Source: Vicugna vicugna
Taxonomy: Eukaryota
Assembly (NCBI GenBank): GCA_013265495.1
Contig: MU058687.1
Location: 1,364,001 to 1,428,000 of the forward strand
Direction: 5' to 3'
DNA length: 64,000 bases
Shown: piece after piece, positions 50,854 through 63,217 of the stretch
Layout of the letters: the number at the start of each line of letters is the position of its first letter
How positions within the stretch are numbered: the first letter of the stretch is position 1
Notes under the pieces: generated by a model
Told to the model about the DNA's origin: nothing
Seen by the model: the letters and a program-made list of their open reading frames with translations, nothing else
The model's database searches: none
Made by a program: the position numbers and the translations under genes

Positions 50854-52249
50854 AAAAGTGTCTGTCAGTCAAAGACTATCTTCTTCTTGTACCAGGAGAC
50901 GGTGGTGTTTGCTTGGAGCTGAACACCCAGGGCTTGTTGGCTCAGCTCTCTCACCCTCGCTGTGTCATCCATTAAGGAGCCGTTTCTTCCTTCAGCCAAT
51001 AAGGAAGAATGGGCGTGAAGGCGTTTAGTGAACAGAAGTGTGCCACAAGAACGTGAAATGTGATTGATATTATTTAAAATTCATCTTTAACGTACCCAAG
51101 TGCCAACAGGCAAGTTGAAAGGAGAAAGGGGGAGCTTTGAAGAAACTAAGGAAAGGATTCTATTTGGCAATTAGAGGAATTGGAAGAAGCCCAAGTATCT
51201 TAGGAGAGTAGAAGAGAATTCTGGGCTCATTCTCAGAGGCCAGAAGGTATGACCCACTTGGACTGTTGCAGCGATTTAAAATACTTCTCCCTTTTGCTAG
51301 GCCTAAATTGAGAAACCAGTTAAGCCCACCCATCAGGAGGAAATGAAACAATGTCAAAACATCACCTCTCAAATTTCATGAAGGGAAACTGTAAGGTTAC
51401 AACACAAAGCTGGGTGGAAGTTTATGGGATCTTGAACCCAAACACACGGGTTACCATCAGAGAGTCCCATTAACTGTCAACAGTTTATTCAAAGCAACTT
51501 TTTTTTTCCATTTCAAGAAATTCACTATTCGCCGACACTATTTACCTAAGATATGTTATATTAGCATAAATTAGCATGTGCTAAGCACTAATCTAAATGT
51601 AGCACATATCTTATCTTTTCATTCCTTATAAGAACCATGCAAGGTGAATCTTATAGACAGCAACCTGAAGCTCATGTTTAGAATTGGTTCTTTTTGGTTC
51701 ATCTCCTCATCCATGAAATGGGAATAAGGTCACAGCTAGATAAGCACAGCAGCTTGCCTCAGCCCATACAGCTGGTAACTAGTAATGTCAGGATTTGAAC
51801 TCATGTCCATCTGACTCCAAAGCTCTGCACTGGAACACAACACTATGCTGGAGAAAATGCCATTGTTAAGAAGCTTACAAAACAAAAGAGGTCATTCTGC
51901 TCTGAGAGCAAATAGAATGAGCAGTTGGTAAATTGCTTTATCAAGACACTGCGTGATGTCATAACGATATACAATGGGGAAGCATCATGAGTATGTGTCA
52001 GCAGGGATTTGGGATTTGGGTCTAAAGTTGGATGATACCACTACTACAGAGTATGAAGCAATGCCTGGCTGTATTATGTATGTATGTGTGTTGTGTGCCT
52101 TGTATATTTTGTTCCGTGTGTTGTATGTTGCATAAATTGTTTGTGTTTTTTTTGTGTTATGTGTGTATTACGTGTACATGGGTAGATTGTGTAAGTGAAG
52201 GAGACTTGCACGATGACTGATTTTTTCAACACTGAGGACCAGACACTCC

Positions 52250-52480
52250 AATAGCCAACATGTACTTGGTGCTTACTGTGAGCCAGCCACTCCTCTCAGT
52301 GCTATACGTGTAATAACTCATTCATCTTCACAGCAGTAATAGTAGTAACTGGTAATAGTATTCTTATTTTATGCATGAGATACGAGGCACAGAAAGATCA
52401 ATCAACTTGCCCTAGACCCCCCAGACAGTAAGAGGTGAAGCTAAGATTTGAACCCAGGGAGATTGGCTTCAAATTCTGTG
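52250..52480 (-). mobile_element. MIR SINE flanking the DHFR retrocopy insertion site
   Basis: GTGCTTACTGTGAGCCAG...GAGGCACAGAAAG...AACTTGCCC...GATTTGAACCCAGG. Confidence 0.7.
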
Positions 52481-52497
52481 ATCTCTTATTCTTTCTT

Positions 52498-53342
52498 TTT
52501 TTTAAAAAAATCTTGTAATAACCTTTAATAAAAAAAAATTGAAAATAAATACATGTATGTATATGCATGACTAGGACACTGTGCTGTTCACCAGAAACTG
52601 ACACATTATAATTGACTGTACTTCAATCAAAAAAAAAAAGATAAATGAGGAATAAAAGCACATTGCTTAGAAATAATTATCCATGGATCTAAAGTCAACA
52701 AAATTCTTTACAAGAAAAAATACATAATTGCGGGGGCACTTGAAATAGATCAGAAAACACTTTCACATTAATTGTTCTTTTCATGATACTTCAAATTTGT
52801 ACCTAATGCCTTTTTTCTCCTGGACATCAGAGGGAACACCTGGATATTCTGGAAGAAGTTTATATTTTTCCAAATCAGTTTCTAGAAAAAATATGCCACT
52901 CTCAAATTCCTGCATGATCCTTGTCCTGCAGGATAATCTAAGATGGCCTGGCTTGTCCACGGCTTCCTTAAACAGAGCTACCTCCCACTATCCAAAACAT
53001 AACTGCTTAATTTGTTATTTCTGGTTGCTCAATAAGTTTTAAGGCATCATCCAGACTTTTGCCAAAAAAATGAGCTCCTATGGAAGTTCCCTGAGTTCTC
53101 TACTTAGAACTAAATTAATTCTGTCCTTTAAAGGTCAGTTCTTCTCTTGAGTGGAGAACCAGGTCTTCCTACCCATAATCACCAAACTCTGCTTACCTTC
53201 TACTAAAGAGGCTGTGGTCATTCTTTGGAAGTACTTGAATTCATTCCTGACCGGGGGCCAGGGCAGGTCCCCGTTCTTGCCCATATCCATGTTCTGGGAC
53301 ACAGCGATGATGCAGTCGAGCGGACGAACCATGACAGTGGTA
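52498..53342 (-). pseudogene. DHFR: Processed DHFR pseudogene (CDS remnant 53332-52768, plus 3' UTR and poly(A) remnant)
   Basis: Minus strand reads [40 protein letters not shown]...GRKTWFS..EKN*PLKDRINLVLSREL...EKNN* with no introns. Several premature stops and frameshifts. Bounded by 15-bp TSD CTCTTATTCTTTCTT (52483-52497 and 53485-53499). Confidence 0.97.
52504..52639 (+). mobile_element. L1 3' terminal fragment inside the DHFR retrocopy, antisense to it
   Basis: CACTGTGCTGTTCACCAGAAACTGACACATTATAATTGACTGTACTTCAATC plus A11, homologous to the L1 ends at 35.0, 45.2 and 63.4 kb. Confidence 0.85.
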
Positions 53343-53354
53343 GGAAGCACTCTT

Positions 53355-53477
53355 TGCAGGGAGGAGGTAATCAGGTTTATTTATTTAGTTAGTTTTTTGA
53401 TGGAGGTACTGGGGATTGAACCCAGGACTTCATGCATTCTAAGCATGTGCTCTACAACTGAGCTATACCCTCCCCCT
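53355..53477 (-). mobile_element. tRNA-derived SINE (Vic-1-like), full length
   Basis: Minus strand GGGGGAGGGTATAGCTCAGTTGTAGAG...GGGTTCAATCCCCAGTACCTCCA with A- and B-box-like motifs; 12-bp TSD GGAAGCACTCTT (53343-53354 and 53478-53489). Confidence 0.92.
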
Positions 53478-54017
53478 GGAAGCACTCTTATTCTTTCTTA
53501 ATTGGTGCTCCCAGACCGCCATGTGAGGACTGATAGAATTAGTCTCCTCATTCTGTAGATGGAGATCCTGTGGACAACATGAACATGTGTGGCTAAGAGA
53601 ATCTCCCCTCCTCATTAAACGTTAGCTGAAGTGAGCTGGCCATTGCTGGCTTTGTAGTGTATGTGTGATTTCTATCAATCTAATAGTTATTAAGAATTGA
53701 AAATATTGCTGAAAAAATCTTACATTTCACATGTCTGTAATGTGTATAGACAAAATGATTTCACTGATTTGTTCTTTCTAAAACGTGGGACCACATACAT
53801 GTGACCAGTATCTATGGATCAGATATTCTCTGGGGCATGAGGACAGTCTGTGATTTCTTTGAGATAAGATGGCATTTCCCCTGTTGTCTTTCTCCAGTTG
53901 CCTTCTGGGGGCCTGTCACTTTGAAGTTGTGGGTAGCACAAGGAAATCCTTGGTAATGCCACTCGAGTTGGAGGAGGAGACTGAGCCTGTTACTATAGCA
54001 ACACAAAGGAGATGGTT

Positions 54018-54066
54018 ATCCTTCCATCCATCTATCCTTCCATCCTTCCATCCATCCATCCATCCC
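54018..54066 (+). repeat. (TCCA)n-like microsatellite at an L2 tail
   Basis: Directly visible; followed by reverse L2-like sequence. Confidence 0.85.
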
Positions 54067-55134
54067 ATTAACAAATGTTATTAAGCACCAGTTAGGTGGC
54101 AGTCACTGTTTTATGTGTCAAAAACTCAGTGATGAATGGGAGAAAGTCGTTTTGTTTGTTTGTTTGTTTGTTTTTTGTGGAGCATCTATTCCAGTGGAGA
54201 AAGGAGACATCAAACAAATAATAAACATAAAAACAGTGCAAGTCCAGATAGACATGAGGCTATGGAGAAAATAAAGCAGGGAAAGAGGAGAGAGACTGCA
54301 GTGGAAGGGGAGGCATATTTTAGATAGTGTGGCCATCAAGCATTATCTGAGGCTCTGCAAAGAGGTTAATCTAATTGCAGAAAAAATCTTATTATTTTAT
54401 ACATACTCCATCCCAAGCCCAGACTCCACTCCCAGTGGGGCTGCTTTCTTCTTGTTCTCCTTCTCCCACAGGATCTGAGGGTGAGCCATTTCCCTAAACT
54501 CGGAGCAGCGGAATGGAGGTGGATGATGGACATTGAGGGAGAAGATAAGGAAAAGGTGAAGCTAGGCCTTGAGGAGGGAGCAAAGGGGTTCATGGTCTTG
54601 GAGGCCCCCAGGATAGAGTTTAGTGGGTGCTCACTGGTTGCCTACTCAGTATCCACTCCTCTTCTCCTCACTTCCAAACAGCACCCAGATTCTCCTCCTG
54701 GGTTTGGATGGAATGTCAAGGGAGCTCCTTACTGTTCTAAGCCAAGCAGGATAATATCAATCCTTTTGCCTCAGTGACTGCTTCAGATTGAAATGTGAAG
54801 TGTGATGCTTGAGTCTTTGGGTGGTTATGAAAGTGAAATTCTCTCCTCTCCTGGTGTAGACAGGTAGCTGTAAGTCCATCTTGTGACCTTGATGGAAGCC
54901 ATCCAGAGGACAAAGCCAACACATGGAAGGGGACAGAGAACAGAGAAGTGGAGCCAGAATTCCAGTTGCTCTTGAACCCACAGCATTGAATTTTTCCCTT
55001 TGTGAAATCATTCATTCATTCAAAACACTTTGCCTGCTTGTTATTTGCTAGACACTGTTCTACATGCTTGGGAAAAATCCCTATCCAGTTTCTGGTGGCT
55101 TTTCTTTTACTAGTATGGGAGGAGCTGTGGGCAG

Positions 55135-55345
55135 AGGATCATCAGAGTCAGACTGCCTGGGTTTAAATCCTGGTTCCACCACTCCCTGGCTGTGTGACAT
55201 TAGGTAAGTTACTTAACCTCTCTGTGCATCAGTTTCCACATGCAATAGGAGATAATTCTAGTCTCTACCCCATAAGATTGTTGTGAGGATTGCACGAGAT
55301 AACATGAAGGGTGTAGGATGAGACTTGGCAGGTAGCAAGTGCTTA
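55135..55345 (+). mobile_element. MIR SINE
   Basis: AGAGTCAGACTGCCTGGGTTTAAATCCTGG...GCTGTGTGACATTAGGTAAGTTACTTAACCTCTCTGTGCATCAGTTTCC. Confidence 0.85.
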
Positions 55346-55745
55346 CTGTGGGAGCTGTGACTTGCCACCTGGATCACGCTTTGGAGATAGATTTATTTCT
55401 CCAGCCACTAGCGATGCTCAATGGCCAGCACTTTTCAAGGGTTGCCCCTGTTGAAGATGACCGTGTTGCCCAAGGCCATGGCCTCTTTCTGGGAGCAGTC
55501 TGCATCCAAAGACTGATCTATGTGGAGCTAGAAAGACCTGGACCCCTTGCCTCAACTCTGCAAGGCCACCCCAGTTCTAGAACTCTCATGAGTTGATGGA
55601 GGCCTTTGCTGGGCTTCCATCTCAGCTCCACTTCTCCCTCGGTCCAGTCCTGCTTCTTCTCCCTTCCCTTCTGCGGGTGTTGATCTGAACAGCGCATCCT
55701 GCATGTGTTTCACAGGTTGCTTCCTGGAACCCAGCCTCTGACTCA
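55345..55745 (+). mobile_element. Old ERVL-type LTR relic (LTR16/LTR33-like)
   Basis: Degenerate match; ends TGCTTCCTGGAACCCAGCCT like LTR16/33 termini. Confidence 0.5.
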
Positions 55746-57534
55746 ATAAATGTTAGCTGCCATCCTCATCACCCAAAAGCATCCTAAGTGAAAGAGAAAA
55801 CAAGAGAAAGGGTGTGAAGGGGAGAGTTGTGGCTACTACCTGGGAGAGGCTGACCAAATATGAGGTGTAGCGAAGAACAGCTGGAATAGGGACCCTGGAC
55901 CTTTTATTCAGAAGCTGGAGGAGTTGTTCAGTAGAATAAGGGGTCCTTCTCAAATCCTTGTCTCCGGCAACTTCTGTGTGGGTTGAGATTGCTGATATGA
56001 ACCTAAACTAAAGCTCTGTGTATGAGCTTGACTGGCCGACTCTAAGATTTTTATTTCTTAATGGACTGTATCACCCTCAACTCGCCACTATTAAGAGCAC
56101 AGTACAAGGTTACACTCTTACCTTGTCATTCAGTTTTCTGCCACGCTTATTCTGAGAATTTGGCAAGCACTTTTCACGTATAAAAGCTCAGCTTTGGCGC
56201 TGTGATGGGTGGACCAATTGGAAAAGGACAGAGGCTCCCGGTTTTATAGTCTCAGTGGTGCGGGATTTTGCTTTCTCTAGTCTGGAGAGACATCAGGACC
56301 CTGGTGTTCACAGTCTGAATCTGGAAAGTAAAAACCAGGATTTAGCACATGCTCTGTTCAGAGCTTTGCTGGAGGAGGAAGCTTGCTTCTGTCCTCTCGC
56401 TTTTTAAGTCAAGTGGTGGTAATGCAAGAGAGCAGGCTGGCTGTGCTCTTTCTTAAATGTTAATAGATTCAGTTGAACCCCACAAGCAACATTTGAAGGT
56501 CCATCATGGGCAAGCACTGTGTCTGTGCATGTGAGAGGGAGGGGGAACGACTGAGAGGAAGAGAGGGAGAGATAGAGAGAGAGAGAGAGATGGGGTGAAA
56601 TACAGAGATAAGAAAGACAGGCTTTTGCAGGAGAGATAAGCCACGCTGCCAGATAACATGTTGTATGACACAGTGATGTACGCATCAGATTTAGAAACAG
56701 ACAAACCAGTGCTCAAATCCTGAGTTGAATCCTTGTTCTTTTACTGAAGCATGTGGTTTTACATTAGAGGTGACACAAAGATCTCTGGGGGCTAATGGGT
56801 AGGAGATGGTCATTCTAGAAAAGGGAACTTTTTTGTGTTTGTTGTGTAATTTAAGAATATTTAATTGTGCCATAGAAAATGAGAGAAGTTATGTACAGAA
56901 GGAAGTAGCTTATGAGATATCTTGGACACAGAATAAACAGAATGTCTGTGTGTTGAACATAGATAAAATGATGAAAAAATTGAGAGAGTTGCTTATTGGC
57001 AGAGGAAAGAATAGATCAAGGAAACCTTAAATATTTACAAGGCAGAGATCACGTCTTCTCCTGAGATGGCGCTCCAATGGTGACAATCACTATGTCCCAG
57101 AAACATAGATAAAATCCATAACTGCTCAGCAGATGAACTGGAGTCCCACAGGGTGACCAGGTGTACCTGCCCGTGAATCTTCCCCACAGAGGCAATTTGT
57201 GCATTGACACCATCTTCCAGCTGGTCCCCTCAGTTGCCCTCCCCTCTGAGCCCTTTATCAGCACATTAGGAGGGAAGGCCGCCATGGCAGAGAGAAGGAG
57301 ATGTGTGAATGTTGTGTGATCCAGGATTTAGATGGGAGGTCCTTTTACCTGTTGCATTTATCCTGAGTGTGTTTGCCTGTCCTGTAAGTTTGCCATTGCT
57401 TTTCACCGTGTTTTAAATTGATTAAATGAATTGTGTGATTCAAGCATCTTAATTTGGCCCGTAAGCCTTTCTGTTCTGTGACCTCTGGGATAGCTCGCCT
57501 GGAGGTGGAGTTGGAGGCGACCATTGCCTTAGTT

Positions 57535-58190
57535 AACCTTAGGTTAACTTCCCAGATGACCAAGGAGACTTAGATGAGGCTTCCTAGATGCAAAGCCCGA
57601 GGAGGAGTTTCTAGGGGGAGTGATTTATGAGGGAGTTCTCTCCAGAGAAAAAGTCTGCAAGAAAGTAAGGAAAACAGGACAGGAGATGGGAAGAGGCCAC
57701 GCAAAGATGAGCTTCTGCCGAAGTATCACCTCAGCCTGGTCCCATGCTGGGCTCTGGAGTGTGGATGGCGCCACAGACTTGGCTTCCCTTGAGGCAAGAG
57801 GGCCAGTCTTTTGGACCTTGTATCCGGGGCTGGTGCACCAGCCTGGACAAGGGGGTCTGGGTGGAGTACCAGCAGCACCTGCCTGAACTGCCCTCCCAGG
57901 TAAGTCATAAGGGCAAGGGAGGGGAGAGAGAACTTAGTAGGTTGGGAAAGTAGTGGGAAAGGGATTGGCAAGACAAGTTGCATTATGACTTGGAGGAGTC
58001 TGATTGCCCAAGCAAAAGGCTAAGACCTGATTCCAAAGGCAGGAAGCCATAGGGAGCCACATGTGTATTCTTGAGCACATGTGTGATTTGGAGCAGTGCT
58101 TCAGAAGAGCCAGATGGCAGTGGCATATGTTGGGAGGAAGCTGCCGGTAAGGAGAGCAGCGGGGCCTGTTGGGCAGTCATCAGGTAGCTT
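57535..58190 (-). mobile_element. Old ERVL-type LTR relic (LTR16/LTR33-like)
   Basis: GTGATTTATGAGGGAG...CCCATGCTGGGCTCTGGAGTGTGGATGGCGCCACAGA...GGGCAGTCAT resembles this family in reverse. Confidence 0.45.
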
Positions 58191-58695
58191 GAAGCATCTT
58201 TCTCCTCTGTGGCCTTTGGGTAGCTCTAGACACTCAGAAGGCTACTTCCTGGGGTCTAGTTTTGCAGCCATCTCCCCGGCCTCAATCTTACAGAGTCTCT
58301 GTTCTCTTAAGAATCAGCCTTGTCCTTCAGGACAAGGGACTGGTACCACATCCTCAAGAGGTAAGCCAGGTTAGGGGTGGGCAAGGAAGGAAAGAGGTAC
58401 GTGGCTGGAGGCTCTCCATCAGAGAAGAACACCTCATAAAAAGCTCAGCAGCACATCCAGGCTGGCTGCAGAGGGCTCACTAATGCTGGAGTTGTACAAA
58501 CGGAGCTGGCTCCAAGTGAGGTTACCTGATCTCTAAGTCATACAGAGCTTTTAAGCCTTTGGCTTTTATCCGAGGCACCTGGTCAGGGGCAGGCTGAAGA
58601 TTCTTGGCCTCAGACCAAGCCACCCTCCATGCAATGATCCTTTCTCCGTGCAGAGGTTTTGGCTGTCCATCAAAGCCTTAAGGACAGTGGTTCTT

Positions 58696-58930
58696 TTTTT
58701 TAACTTAATTTTACTTTATTTTATTTTATTTTCTCTTGAAATGTAGTTGATTTACAATGTTAGTTTCAGGTGTACAGCAAAATGACATATATATATATAT
58801 ATATATATATATGTATACACACACACACACATATTTTCAGCTTCTTTTCCATTATAGCTTATTACAAGAAATTGAATATGCTTCCCTGTGCTATATGGTT
58901 GGTCCTTGTTGTTTATATATTTTATACAAA
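58696..58930 (-). mobile_element. 5'-truncated L1 3' end with internal (TA)n(CA)n
   Basis: TTGAAATGTAGTTGATTTACAATGTTAGTTTCAGGTGTACAGCA...; TSD GACAGTGGTTCTT (58683-58695 and 58931-58943). Confidence 0.88.
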
Positions 58931-58932
58931 GA

Positions 58933-59105
58933 CAGTGGTTCTTAAACTCCAGCATGAAAAACTCTACTTGGAGTCCCTTCTAAAAGCACAGTCTTCTGGG
59001 TCCCATCTGCAGAGAGTCAGTAGATCTGGGGTAAGGGTGAGGGATGTCATTTTAAACAAGTACTCTGTGACTGGGAACAGGCGGTCCAAGTGTCATAATT
59101 AGAGA
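58933..59105. mobile_element. MER5-like hAT relic whose terminus was hit by an L1
   Basis: CAGTGGTTCTTAAACT...CTGGGTCCCA...TCTGGGGT...CATTTTAAACAAG. Confidence 0.65.
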
Positions 59106-62100
59106 TCGGGAAGATCCAGTGTTTATTTACTCAGGAAACACAACAGTCCTGTGAGGTAGGTACTATTATTTTTATTATTCTCAATTTACAGATGGATAAT
59201 TTTAGGTTCAAAGGGTTTACGAAACTGCTCAAAGTCTCAGAATTAGTACACGGCAGAGCTAGGATTCCAGTGAACTGAACTACAGCCTGTGATGCTGAGA
59301 TCTGGAGAAAGAATAATAGAGGATCTAGCTGACCACATGCATACGCAGGCCTGTCCCCTGGCCCCCCCAGGTATAAGCCCTCCGGAGCCAGGCCAATAGT
59401 ATCAGTTAGGAACAGGTGCAGTTGTGCCGAAGTAACGAGTTAGCCACCGCATTCATTTCCTGCTCACACTACATGCCACTCAGACCAGCAGGGGGCTCTG
59501 TTCATTACAGTCACTCAGGGATCCAGGCTGATGGAAGCTCTAGCTTGACATGTGCTTCCATTATAATTACAGAGGTAAAGAAAGAGGACACTGGCTCTTA
59601 AGCCAAGCTTTTCTGTCTGGAAATGATATGGGTATCACTTCTTCTCCAATTTCATTGGCCGTGTAAGTCCCACAGCCCTGCCTGAGTCTATCAGGGTGTA
59701 GAAGTGTAAACAAGGGTGTAGTTCACCACACTAGCCTGCTCACCAAACCCTGATGTGCCTTCTCTTCTCAAGGGTCTGCAGGTGCTGCTGCATCTGAATG
59801 AAATGTCCTGTCCCTGCTTCTCGGCCAGGCTCACTGGACTCAGTGTCTAATTCTAGACTCACCTGCCACCAGCTCTGGGCAGCCTTTCCCAACCTACCCA
59901 GGCTGGTTTATGTGCCCCAGTCTCCAGGCCCCAAAGGGCCTGGGCTGATCCCAGCTAGGGAATATGTCATGTTACATTGGAGCTGTTACTGCCTGTCCTG
60001 CAGCGCACTGGGCTGAGGGCTCCAGGGAGACGGGGATGTGTGGGAGTGAAGGGCCTTGTCGCTCCATCCCCTGGAAAGCAGGAGACATGCAGGAGCTCAG
60101 GGACAGAAGGTCAGAGTGATTAAGAGCTGGATTCTGGCCTCCAGAGAGCTGCCCTCCTTTCCTGTAGGAACAGGGTATCGAGGGGCTTAGAAAATGGGGA
60201 AGAGGAAGGCAAGAAGTCTATGACTTCAGGATGAGCCAACTGCAGATGGGGAAGAAAATCCCCTGCAGACAGAGTGGGCTTTTTCCAAGGCTTCACTACC
60301 CATCATGGAAAGACTCACCTCGACCCGGGTTAGTCACTGCCCAGAGCTGGCTGTGTCACCACAGGGTGAACTTTGAGCCCCAGGGGAGGACATGCTGCAG
60401 CTGGGGGAAGATCCTCACTGTCCTTGCTCTGGGGCCCATGATGCCCATTAAAGGTCATTGTTAGCAAAGGGGTGGGTGTTGGTGGTCTTCTCAGAGGGAG
60501 CTCTACAGGAGTCCTGTCCCACCACAGCCGCTGGGGTGAGGGTGTTGGGGAGACGCTACTTGAGGTCAGGGACAGGGATCAAGGTCTGTCTAGCAGGGGA
60601 ATTAACCTGACTCTGACGTGGGACTCTGCACCGTCTCGGTCACCTGTTGGATGCTCACACCTGGAATAACCACAGAAGAGAGGCAGAGAGGCCCGGGACT
60701 GTGCATGGGAGTGAAGTATGTGGCCTTGGGCTGCACCAGGCAGGATCCATCGCTGCCGTCCTGCCTTCAGGACTCAGGGAGATGAACCATTTTCAGTTGT
60801 GGGATATCTCACGGTGTTTCACTTCTGAGCCGACGGTGCACTGACACTGACACAAATCTTGGCCTCTTCACTTATTTTTCCATAAGAAATTAAACTCTTC
60901 AAGTGTTTTGTCTCTTTGTGGTGTGATTTTCCCTGAAGTTGGCAGTGTGGTGGGGGGACTGTTCTAGGCTGGGTCCCATTGCGCAGTGCCTGTCACTCAG
61001 TGGGCCCCCTCCTTTCCCTCCTCCCACCTCCCCACCTGGACTTCCCCGGGGAGTTCCCAGCCCCCTCCCTCCATCATGCAGACACCCTGGACTCAGCTTC
61101 CCTGTCTTCCTTGTCCAGCTTCACTTTTCCTCACAGGATTTTCCCCACCAGGGATCATGCACTTGGTATTCTCTGCTTCCTCTCCCTCAACTGTAAAATC
61201 TATGAAGTTGGCATTTAAGGCAAGTCTGCTGATTGATGGACACCCTGAAAGAATAAAAGATTTGTCATAGGAGAGAACTAGGTACCACATCAAGCTCTCC
61301 AGTCTCCCGAGTGTGATTTGGTACCAGTCTGTGGCACAAGTGGTACAAGTGCACCACTGGCCAAGCAGCCACGGGGCTGCTCCGCTCCAGGGCACCTCAG
61401 GCCAAGGGGGCAGGCTGGTCAGCCCCACTCAGCCCGCAGGGATTCTATCTGGCCTGTAGATGCCTTAATTTTATTTTAAAAATTCCTCCGACCTTCAGAA
61501 ATGGAGACGTTTCACAAAATAGCTCAGCAGATCTGGCCACAGTGGGCCTGCATTCCAGCACGGCGCAGTCCTCGAGCTGCGAAGCTGCCCTGTGTCGGCT
61601 GTGTTCTCCAATCTGCCGCGGTCCTCACTGCTCTCATGATGTTTGCTTTGGTGCCACCTGAGAGAACACCCACATGTGGTAGCTTTTCTGCTCACACCAT
61701 TTGTGGAATTGGAGCACGGCTCTTAACTTCCCTGAGAACCCTCCATCTGTCAGATGGAGTTCCCCATTGCCCAGCTGAGTCTAGGGTGAGGACTGGATGA
61801 GAAAGTCCTTGGGAAGCAGAAGTTCTCTGCTCCCTCCCCCGCCTGCTACTTCCTCTCCCCTTCCCTCCCCCTTCCTAGACCCGACTGCTTCTGTCCGTGG
61901 AAGTGGAAGCAGCTCTGTAACTGGCCACGTGGGTCCTTGCTTGGCAGCTGGATCTGCCTTCCTAGGTTGGGAGGGCTGGGGAACCACTTGCTGCTGTTGC
62001 ACCTGCATCAAGATGAGGTCTCTAACCCGGAAGGATGCATAGGTCATGGTAAAGGGGTGACTGGGGTGCAAGAGGGCTCCGAGTCCTAGCTGGGCTTGGC

Positions 62101-63217
62101 CTCAGAAAAACTAAAATGAGGTTTGAGCAGTGGCTAACTGCCTCTCTCAAGTGACCTCCACATGGGTGGTTGCCACTGAAAAGTCTTTCCTTTCTAATCC
62201 TACAGTCCTTGTTTGAGAACCAGGTGTCACAGCCACTGCTGGTGAAGTCAGCAGGGTTTGCTCAGCTTTGCTAGGAAATAGCTACTTTTCCCCTCCTGGG
62301 ACTATTAAGCTAGTGCACCTTTTAAAAGGTTTTAAACTTTTATTGCTTTCTTGAAATAAAGTATTCCTCCCATTCCAAAATGAATTGCACTTCAAATGGA
62401 TTTCCCATGTTTTCTTTGTTTTGATTACAAAGTAATCCATTCTTGTTCATTTACAGAAACATTTGAGAAATATTTAAAGACAGAAAGAAATTAAAACCTC
62501 TCATAATCACTTGTTAATATTTTGGTTTATGTCATTTCAGACTTTTTGTTTTCGGTCCTCACAATCATATATACGTATATTCATATATGTATTTTCCACA
62601 TGCACATGTCTGGGTCTTACTTTACATACTATTTGATAATGCACAGCATAAGTCCTGGTAAAGAATAGGCAATAAATAAATATCACCAAGGCTCATAAAT
62701 ATCACTTCTTGAGTGCTCACAGTAAGTCAGGCCTGATGTTAGGTGTTTTACATGCATTATCCCATTTACTCCTAACAACAATCCTATGATACAGGAGCTG
62801 TCTGACTCATGTTTTCCAGATGGGAAACACAGACAGGCCCAGAGAAGTTAATGTTACTTGTCAAAACTTACAAATGTAGTCAATCAGATGGACCAATACC
62901 AGTTCTTGTATATTGGCATGAACCAAATGTACATTTGCTGGTTTAAAACTTTTTCAGAAATGATATAAGCAGTGCCTTACCGCCTATTGAGGGGAGAATA
63001 TTTACTGAGAAAGATGTGAAGACATGTTCAGGTCTTGGAGACAGGAACTCTGGCTCTGCAACCGACTAGTTGTTTAAACTGGAGCAAGTAACTTGACCTC
63101 CCTTATCCTCAGTTTCCTGGTCTACAAAATGGGATTTGTATGGAGAGAAGGGTTAGTACTGTCCCTGGCATGTAGGAGTTTTTGATGTGATTGACAGAAG
63201 TTGATGGCAATTGGGAA

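Noticed and set aside
55753..55953. Minus-strand peptide RRTPYSTEQLLQL resembling a homeodomain N-terminal arm and helix 1
   Set aside because: Similarity stops after about 13 residues, with no F20 and no WFxNRR helix 3 that I could find. Probably chance; an HMM search with the homeodomain profile would settle it.
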